The position numbers and the translations under genes are program-made. A stretch of 64,000 nucleotides of DNA from a virus, in IMG/VR virus record IMGVR_UViG_3300020186_000001, positions 1 through 64,000 of that record, one strand, 5' to 3'. Below the pieces are notes generated by a model. The model did not search any database. It was not told the DNA's origin and saw nothing but the letters and a program-made list of their open reading frames with translations. This document shows positions 57,524 to 64,000 of this stretch, piece after piece (within the stretch, counting starts at the first letter, position 1; each line of letters starts with the position of its first letter).

Positions 57524-59347
57524 TCATCCCCCTACAATTTTGGCCAGCTTTCGCATAGCATCTTTTGGCAAATCCTTTACGTTTTTAAGAACTATGTAAT
57601 CAGAATAGAAGTGCTTAACTGAGTCAGTTTCGATACCTATTCCGATACATTCAATGCCTGACTTTTCAATAAGCTTAACCTTGTTCTTAAGATCGGAGCA
57701 TAAGATGCCGCGATTGCCGTCACCTGTTGACGGTTCACCGTCACTTAGGACTAGGAGTATTTTACGCTTCTCTTTGCGATTGCCAACCCGCTTCGCTGCC
57801 CAAGACACACACTCGCCATCAGGGTTCTGGACTCCAACGAAGAGGCTTTCAATGCCGCTTAAGGATTGAGTATCAAATGACTTGAAGACGTGAAGCTCAA
57901 GCCGCTCTCTGGTGCGGTTGAATCGACTTATATCGGCCTTGCGAGCCATGTTTATAACATTGCGGTCATCTTCCGAGTAGAACCCTGTCACTTCAAAGGG
58001 TATCTGAAGGTCTTTCAAAGCCTCTGCCATCGCGACGCAGGCCATCTTGGCAGTTCTCATTCTGCCAACCATTGAGCCAGACATATCGACTAGAATCTCA
58101 ACTGCAACATTGTTGGTCTCAGTCTTAGTGAACGATTTAAAGACTCTTCTGTTGTTAGGATTGACAAGCATTTTGTTGAGACTACGTGCGTCAATCCTGC
58201 CTCGCTCTTTGTCCGAGGTCCACTTTGCATCTTCTTTGACTTTTAGAACACGCTCAAGTTGGGACTTGATCGGTGCAACAAGTGAAGCGACATCCTGCTT
58301 TAATCTTGCGTAGGCTTTTGCATCACCCTTGCCGCTATGATCTGTAACCTTGTCAAATCTAGTAGTGAGAGGGATGGATCGTGAGCCTTCAAATATCGGA
58401 CTCATCACACCGCGAGCAGTTTCTTTGACTTCTTGCTTAATTGCATCTTTGATCTCTTTATTGATGAGACTGTGAATGTCATGGACGTGCTCATCAAACT
58501 TAGAATCTTTTGCATCAGGCTTCTCATCAAGCATCCTTCTTATTGCGGAAGGGCGACCACTACTGTCAGATAGCTTCTTCCCTTTCTTTGGACTACTTTC
58601 GCCTTCACTGGGAGTCTCACTTGAGCCTTCTCCTTCTCCTTCTCCTTCTCCTTCTCCTTCTGGACTTTCACTTTCAGGATCACCTCCGGTAGAGTCACCT
58701 TTTTCGCCTTTTCCTGAATCCTCTGGTTTCGACTCTCCATCTTTGGAGCTTTCACTACTTTTTTCTTCACGTTCTTTTTCCTCTTCTTTCCCAATCAATC
58801 GAACAATTTCTTCAGTAGCAACTCGAAGCTCAACAGTTGAATTGCAAGCTCCAAGGACGCTGGCCTTCTCACGCACAGCTTCTATATACCTTTTAGTATC
58901 CTTGTCAATACGAGGTTCTAAGCCTTCCATCATATCTGAGACGGCAAGTATGATCCTCACCAGCGGAGCGATCTCACTCCACTCATCGCTAATTCTTTTG
59001 CGAAGCTTCACATTGAGAGGATTTATATTGAAGGCAGTGCCAGGAAACTCATTAATAATCGCCTTCTCAATACGATTGTCTTCAGCCGCATTCAGCATGA
59101 TCTTATGAAAGTTTGAAATCACATATTTAATTTCATCCATTTTAGTGAACTTGCAATGAGCGACCTCGTGATCAAGATAGCCGTTCAGGTCTGCCCTTAG
59201 TTCTGGAGTGATATTAGTGAAGCTTGGGAGCACAATCTTTTTGCCGTCAGTGTAAGCCCCACTGCCTTCAAAGATCACATCAATATGGTATTGGCGAGCA
59301 ATGATACGAGCAATTTTCTCAAGAGAGGATTCAAATAAGTGACTCAT
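57524..59347 (-). CDS. CobT-like metallopeptidase-vWA protein
   Basis: AYTDGKKIVLP, DHEVAH and EDNRIE; acidic GE linker; MIDAS LVDMSGSM, LSDGEP and IGIGI. Confidence 0.88.
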   Translation of the reverse strand: MSHLFESSLEKIARIIARQYHIDVIFEGSGAYTDGKKIVLPSFTNITPELRADLNGYLDHEVAHCKFTKMDEIKYVISNFHKIMLNAAEDNRIEKAIINEFPGTAFNINPLNVKLRKRISDEWSEIAPLVRIILAVSDMMEGLEPRIDKDTKRYIEAVREKASVLGACNSTVELRVATEEIVRLIGKEEEKEREEKSSESSKDGESKPEDSGKGEKGDSTGGDPESESPEGEGEGEGEGEGSSETPSEGESSPKKGKKLSDSSGRPSAIRRMLDEKPDAKDSKFDEHVHDIHSLINKEIKDAIKQEVKETARGVMSPIFEGSRSIPLTTRFDKVTDHSGKGDAKAYARLKQDVASLVAPIKSQLERVLKVKEDAKWTSDKERGRIDARSLNKMLVNPNNRRVFKSFTKTETNNVAVEILVDMSGSMVGRMRTAKMACVAMAEALKDLQIPFEVTGFYSEDDRNVINMARKADISRFNRTRERLELHVFKSFDTQSLSGIESLFVGVQNPDGECVSWAAKRVGNRKEKRKILLVLSDGEPSTGDGNRGILCSDLKNKVKLIEKSGIECIGIGIETDSVKHFYSDYIVLKNVKDLPKDAMRKLAKIVGG

Positions 59348-59348
59348 G

Positions 59349-60419
59349 TTATTTGCCTCCCGCATTGCCAATCATGACACGTTGAATAATACCTTTGATC
59401 ACTTCCGCATCCTCTGGACTAATCTTATTCAAAATTGAGGTTTGGGCTGCTTTCATAGGATCACGGTATCGCACCATGAGCTTTGCCCAATCAAGCATCC
59501 TGCGAAGTGAGAACGTGCATTGTATCTCTTCTTTGTTGAAAGACTCTCGAATCATGCCAGCGACTTTGACAATCACTGTTGCGATCTTGACAGTCAACTT
59601 TGGGACAGAAGCAACAAGGACTTTGGCCTCTTCATCGGCTGGCAGATAATTGACGTGATAGACGCTCCAACGATCAAGGAAAGCTTCATTCATTAGATTA
59701 GTGCCTTGATACAAAGACCTGAATTGAGACATACACCCAACCGTATTGGCTGTTGCAAAAACTCTAAACTCAGGATGAGCGTGAACAACTTCGTGATCTC
59801 TTTCTTTTAACATCAAGGCACCGCTTGGCTCTAAGACGCTATTAAGAACTGAGAGGATCTCTTGCCCTGCAAAGTCAATCTCATCGAGAATCATCCAATA
59901 ACCCTCACGCATGGCTTTCGGCAGCACCCCGTCAACCCATACCATCTCGCCACCACGAACGCTCCACATGCCTACGAAATCAGAGATTGTCATTTGACCG
60001 TTTAAATTGACTCGAATAAGATTGTTCTTAGTGCGAGCTGCGATCTGCTGAATGATGGAAGTTTTGCCACAGCCAGTGTGACCTGTTAGCATGATTCTTC
60101 TGTTCTCCAAGATGTCAGTGCAAATATCACTGGCAAAATCAGAGAAGAAGAAAGCCTCATTTATGGCTGGGACAAAAACGCTGCCATTCGCAAGCGGCAT
60201 CTCAACATCACCAATCTTAATTGAGTCTTCTGACACGGCATCACTCCCACTCCAAACAACCTGGGTTTCATCGACATCGAACTTAAGCATATACCATGCA
60301 AGGATTCCATCTGCGAACTTGGAACCCTCTGGATGGCCAGCGTGCTTCTTCTCGATGTGATCAACTAGATCATCCGATTTGAAATCACAAATTTTACAAC
60401 TCAAATGCTTCTTACTCAT
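59349..60419 (-). CDS. CobS/CbbQ/NirQ-like MoxR AAA+ ATPase with N-terminal C2H2-like finger
   Basis: GHTGCGKT Walker A, ILDEID Walker B, FATANT and NEAFLDRW; CKIC...HIEKKH. Confidence 0.9.
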   Translation of the reverse strand: MSKKHLSCKICDFKSDDLVDHIEKKHAGHPEGSKFADGILAWYMLKFDVDETQVVWSGSDAVSEDSIKIGDVEMPLANGSVFVPAINEAFFFSDFASDICTDILENRRIMLTGHTGCGKTSIIQQIAARTKNNLIRVNLNGQMTISDFVGMWSVRGGEMVWVDGVLPKAMREGYWMILDEIDFAGQEILSVLNSVLEPSGALMLKERDHEVVHAHPEFRVFATANTVGCMSQFRSLYQGTNLMNEAFLDRWSVYHVNYLPADEEAKVLVASVPKLTVKIATVIVKVAGMIRESFNKEEIQCTFSLRRMLDWAKLMVRYRDPMKAAQTSILNKISPEDAEVIKGIIQRVMIGNAGGK

Positions 60420-60465
60420 ACAATGTTCTCCCCGTTTAGCCTTGGTTTTAGAACTTACATTGTAA

Positions 60466-60494
60466 TACATCGTCATATTTTGTATGAAACTTTA
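60466..60494 (-). promoter_or_regulatory. sigma28-type promoter P2
   Basis: TAAAGTTT-N12-GACGATGTA. Confidence 0.72.
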
Positions 60495-60503
60495 GGGAAT
60501 CTG

Positions 60504-60758
60504 TCAACTAGCTTTACTGACTAGCTTATTTTGCTTAACAAATTCATCCATTCCGAACGCTAGTAGGATTAGGACTGCCTCGGTTTTACTGACTTTCCGC
60601 GATCCTGGACCTCTTTGAGCCTCCAAGACCTTGATCGCTTGATCAATAAAGTGCTCTTGCTTCTCATTCAAACGAATGGTCAGCATTCTGATTTTCAATT
60701 CATCGTGCTCAATCACATTCTTGGCTTTCATACTCTTGCTCCTCTTTACATATTTCAT
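60504..60758 (-). CDS. ribbon-helix-helix-like DNA-binding protein
   Basis: MLTIRLNEKQEHFID...VSKTEAVLILL. Confidence 0.55.
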   Translation of the reverse strand: MKYVKRSKSMKAKNVIEHDELKIRMLTIRLNEKQEHFIDQAIKVLEAQRGPGSRKVSKTEAVLILLAFGMDEFVKQNKLVSKAS

Positions 60759-60772
60759 GAAACACTCCCTGT

Positions 60773-61618
60773 TTATATCAACCCTGATACGCTACACGCT
60801 TGCTGCATGGTGATATCGTGAAGATCCAATATCTTCCTAATGTCTTCTTGATAACCACCTGCCAGTGCAAACGCACAACCCTTTTTATGTTTTTTGCAAT
60901 ACTCAAAAACAATGCGATCTCTTCTGCGAATTTGGTCAACCGTGAAAACACCTCCTAATGGATCATTGATAAAACTATCCATACCTGCGTTGTATATGAT
61001 GAGACTGCAACCCTTAAATTGCCTCTTAAGGAACTTCGGTAGTGCTTTAAGCCAAGCCTCAGCGTCATCTGAGCGAACATCTGAATAGCCAAGGCTCCAA
61101 TGAGAGATATTCAAATCAAGTTTTTCTATGATGTCTTTTGTCCCATTCCCTGCGTGAGCATCAACATCAAAAATGCCAACCTTGCGAGCTAACCCTTTTT
61201 CTAGGACTTCAACTGCTCCAAGGACCAGGCTTCCGAAAGTGCAAAAGCCTCCGCCATGGCTATATGTGGCGTGATGGCTGCCACTGGTAGGAGACGCACA
61301 GATTTCCTTAGTTTCAGCGGCATGAACGGCTGCTGCCACCATGGAGCCACAAACCCAAGGGAGAGCGTCAGCGACACTCTTGAGCCTATTGTGGAACCCA
61401 TTATCTTGAGTACAGCTTAAAACGCCTTTAACGTAGCTGGGATCGTGTATCTTGCTTATCTGCTTGATAGAGGATGGTCTGAATGACCTGACCGCTACGG
61501 GCAGTCCTAGTGCCTTCCAGGACGCGACAACCTTTGCAGGCTTACCTGCCGATGGGCTAAAGCTATCGTTGTCTAAAACTGTTTGTTTTTCGTTGTAAAA
61601 CACCATAACCCTACTCAT
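60773..61618 (-). CDS. histone deacetylase-family (AcuC/HDAC-like) protein
   Basis: SGSHHA, GGFCTF, DVDAHAGNGT, YNAGMD...DPLG and LAGGY. Confidence 0.92.
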   Translation of the reverse strand: MSRVMVFYNEKQTVLDNDSFSPSAGKPAKVVASWKALGLPVAVRSFRPSSIKQISKIHDPSYVKGVLSCTQDNGFHNRLKSVADALPWVCGSMVAAAVHAAETKEICASPTSGSHHATYSHGGGFCTFGSLVLGAVEVLEKGLARKVGIFDVDAHAGNGTKDIIEKLDLNISHWSLGYSDVRSDDAEAWLKALPKFLKRQFKGCSLIIYNAGMDSFINDPLGGVFTVDQIRRRDRIVFEYCKKHKKGCAFALAGGYQEDIRKILDLHDITMQQACSVSGLI

Positions 61619-61647
61619 ACATCGCCTCCTTGTTGCTTACAATATCA

Positions 61648-61676
61648 TACATCGTCATTTTCCGTCTTAAACTTGA
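61648..61676 (-). promoter_or_regulatory. sigma28-type promoter P3
   Basis: TCAAGTTT-N12-GACGATGTA. Confidence 0.7.
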
Positions 61677-61708
61677 GTAAAACTCAATACACTAGTAATA
61701 TCATCGCT

Positions 61709-62380
61709 TTAGTGAGTCTTCGTTGTTTTTGATTTAGAAGCTTCGGCTTTTGGGATACTCAAGCCTTCATCACTAATCTGCGAACACTCGTATTTAGTCA
61801 AAGAAGACTCAAAGGTTGAAAGGATGACTGGCTCAGACTTGCGGTCAACAATCTCAACTTCAGCACTGGCAGCAAAGTTGAAGCAGAACCTTTTGACTTC
61901 AGAATCTTTAGTCAATTTAATCGAGATACGCTTCACGGCTTTCAATCGGTATTGGCCGTCAGAGGTGTCTGAGGGCAGGCGAAAGAAGAAGGTGTCATCT
62001 GAGCCTAGATAAGCCCTGCCAGCGGCACCATGGCCGTCTGAGGCAGCAAGGAACACCGTCATGCCTTGAGTGAGGTCTTTGAACCCAAGCTTAGCGTCAA
62101 ACTCTGCGTCATAGCCCTTGTACCCTGCGTCAGCGATCCTCTTAGCTAGACGGTCAACCTCGGCTGTGTAGTAGGCTTCAATGTCTCTGTAGTGCTCACC
62201 GTCAACACTCACATCAAAGGCACCTGAGACGGAGCCTGTGACTGATATCAGGCCAAGCTTTTCTTTAGGGCATTCTGCCTTGGATGAGTCTTTGGCACAG
62301 TCAATTTGGCTTTTGTCGTTAGTCATCTGACCGCAGGCTGTGTTTAAAATCACTGTTAGAATCGCTAGTTGTGTCTTCAT
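61709..62380 (-). CDS. lipoprotein of unknown function
   Basis: MKTQLAILTVILNTA-C lipobox. Confidence 0.7.
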   Translation of the reverse strand: MKTQLAILTVILNTACGQMTNDKSQIDCAKDSSKAECPKEKLGLISVTGSVSGAFDVSVDGEHYRDIEAYYTAEVDRLAKRIADAGYKGYDAEFDAKLGFKDLTQGMTVFLAASDGHGAAGRAYLGSDDTFFFRLPSDTSDGQYRLKAVKRISIKLTKDSEVKRFCFNFAASAEVEIVDRKSEPVILSTFESSLTKYECSQISDEGLSIPKAEASKSKTTKTH

Positions 62381-62430
62381 TTGATACTCCTTTTTAAAGT
62401 TACATTAGAATCATCACGCTTATATTATAA

Positions 62431-62458
62431 TACATCGTCATACAGCGTAAAAACTTTA
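62431..62458 (-). promoter_or_regulatory. sigma28-type promoter P4
   Basis: TAAAGTTT-N11-GACGATGTA. Confidence 0.75.
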
Positions 62459-62505
62459 ATGTTTCTTAGAATATCAATGAAATCATCAACTTGTAATCAG
62501 ACCTT

Positions 62506-63492
62506 TCATTCATCACCTCTTTTAAAACGTGAGCTTTTAGTTTTAGCGGCTTTTAAATCCTCTTGAAGTTTGAGCGAGGTACAATCCTTGGCGTTCAAGT
62601 CATCACGAAGCCTATGGAATGTCGGGTGTCTCAGCCTTCCAACAGGATTGTCCTTAGAGCGTTTTGAGGCTTGTATCTCTTGAGTGAAGACATCGACGAC
62701 CTTGCCCTTATAGGCATCGAAGTTTCGTCCCATATCAATTCGCAAGGTGTCGTCAAACCCAGATGCAAACCCAATCTCAATCAACTCTCCATTGTGATGC
62801 ACTGAGAGAGCGAGCGATCCAATGCTATCTGCGTACTTGCCGTTGCCAGCTTTCCAACCTGAAATAATACAACTCACATCGTAGGACTTTTTCATTTTGC
62901 ACCAGCCCATCCCGTAGCCTTGACGCAGGTCTTTCACGATAACGCCCTCGCCACCAGCGTTAACGATGCTTTGAAAATACTTGTGTATGTCGCCTGTGAA
63001 TTGTTCGATTGGTTTTATATATTTGTTATTCATTCTCTCAACAACAGCGACTAGGATTTTTCTACGCTTCTCAAGTGGAAGTCCTCGAAGATCCTTCCCG
63101 CGAAAGCGAACGATGTCGAAGACGTGATAGTTTAAAAATCCAAGCTCCTTTTGCTTTTGAACTGCAAGCATTGGCGAAGAATTCATGATTGAGTTTGTAG
63201 CGAGAAAATTCTCAGCCATGATCTCTCCGTCCAGTACCGTCCCTTGGAGATCTGCATACATCAGAGCGGTGATGTGAGGAACATTCGCAGTCCTATCAAC
63301 GTGCTTAGTGTCAACAACTGAGACTCTTCTTGAGAGAAGAGCATTGTTCGCTTGCCTCTCATACGGATCACAGCCGATATAAAGAACGTAGCGAGAACCA
63401 TCCATCTTAGGCTCTGCAACCAAATGAGGTTTTTCAAGGTCATTGGGCAAGATGCTAGTGCATCGTGATGGAATGATGAGTTCTACTTTCAT
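62506..63492 (-). CDS. lig: ATP-dependent DNA ligase
   Basis: EPKMDG (motif I), VLDGEI, YHVFDI, EGVIVK, WCKMK and RLRHPTF. Confidence 0.93.
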   Translation of the reverse strand: MKVELIIPSRCTSILPNDLEKPHLVAEPKMDGSRYVLYIGCDPYERQANNALLSRRVSVVDTKHVDRTANVPHITALMYADLQGTVLDGEIMAENFLATNSIMNSSPMLAVQKQKELGFLNYHVFDIVRFRGKDLRGLPLEKRRKILVAVVERMNNKYIKPIEQFTGDIHKYFQSIVNAGGEGVIVKDLRQGYGMGWCKMKKSYDVSCIISGWKAGNGKYADSIGSLALSVHHNGELIEIGFASGFDDTLRIDMGRNFDAYKGKVVDVFTQEIQASKRSKDNPVGRLRHPTFHRLRDDLNAKDCTSLKLQEDLKAAKTKSSRFKRGDE

Positions 63493-63815
63493 ATCTGCCT
63501 CAACTGTTGCATGAAGTTTAAAACTGGTTCGTCCTTCTTAATAGGGTCTTTCATAGGATCTTTCGGCCTCTGATACGGATGCTCTGAAGCAGAGCCTACC
63601 TTCACATAGCCTTTTGCAATCTTCTCGCGAATCTTTTTGTATACTGTGTCAGTACCCAAATACTCGGTCTCCTGCGGAGCAGCACCGATCCTTCCCCAAG
63701 AGGCGACATAGAGCGGCTGAGAGTGATCAACCGCTCTTATCTCCCAATATTTATTAGAACGCTCATCGGTATATTCATACCTGCCCAGAAAATCTAATAT
63801 CTCCCACTCATTCAT
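63489..63815 (-). CDS. WGR domain protein
   Basis: SNKYWEI...SWGRIG...EKIAKGY. Confidence 0.85.
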   Translation of the reverse strand: MNEWEILDFLGRYEYTDERSNKYWEIRAVDHSQPLYVASWGRIGAAPQETEYLGTDTVYKKIREKIAKGYVKVGSASEHPYQRPKDPMKDPIKKDEPVLNFMQQLRQI

Positions 63816-63927
63816 CGCAATCCCCTTTGTAAAGTGATTGAGTCAAATCTGCATACCAGTGCTCGAAGGTGAGATTGCACTCACCTGAAGCGACAAGATC
63901 AATCCACAAATCGTGAATGGTTCCCAT
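63808..63927 (-). CDS. 39-aa microprotein (paralog of 56515..56634)
   Basis: GGGGGA Shine-Dalgarno; MGTIHDLWIDLVASGECNLTFEHWYADLTQSLYKGDCDE. Confidence 0.6.
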   Translation of the reverse strand: MGTIHDLWIDLVASGECNLTFEHWYADLTQSLYKGDCDE

Positions 63928-64000
63928 TTAGTCCCCCAGGATATCTGCCAGATCGTCATCGGCTGACTTGGACTTAGATTTTGCCTTCTCAACTGCAAGT

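Noticed and set aside
1-64000. tRNA genes, CRISPR arrays or stop-codon reassignment
   Set aside because: I recognised none by eye; genes are full length in the standard code and use all three stop codons.

Overview
This window comes from a large contractile-tailed (myovirus) phage genome. Positions 1-56183 are a + strand late region. It runs from the end of the terminase large subunit through a DNA methyltransferase, a cold-shock protein and a FliA/sigma28-like sigma factor, then large putative head-cargo proteins, an intein-containing portal, a MuF-like protein, an intein-containing prohead protease, scaffold and a Twort/SPO1 (Herelleviridae)-type major capsid protein. Neck, sheath, tube, tape measure, baseplate, fibre and membrane/lysis genes follow. 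Positions 56213-64000 are a convergent - strand early-type region encoding a CobS/CobT-like pair, an HDAC-family deacetylase, a lipoprotein, an ATP-dependent ligase, a WGR protein and microproteins. The strongest finding is that the prohead-protease intein (17745-18560) has no in-frame endonuclease. Instead it carries an HTH + DUF559/Vsr-like endonuclease ORF on the antisense strand, codon-for-codon in register, whose ATG is the complement of an intein His codon. Other notable items are four sigma28-type promoters with a fixed-distance IHF-like box in front of the early genes, head-cargo polyproteins punctuated by capsid-type xxK|(A/S/G) sites followed by repeated tag modules, nested Shine-Dalgarno starts, a twice-occurring parS-like palindrome and a patch of decayed fibre-tip fragments. 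All assignments come from motif recognition by eye; no searches were run.
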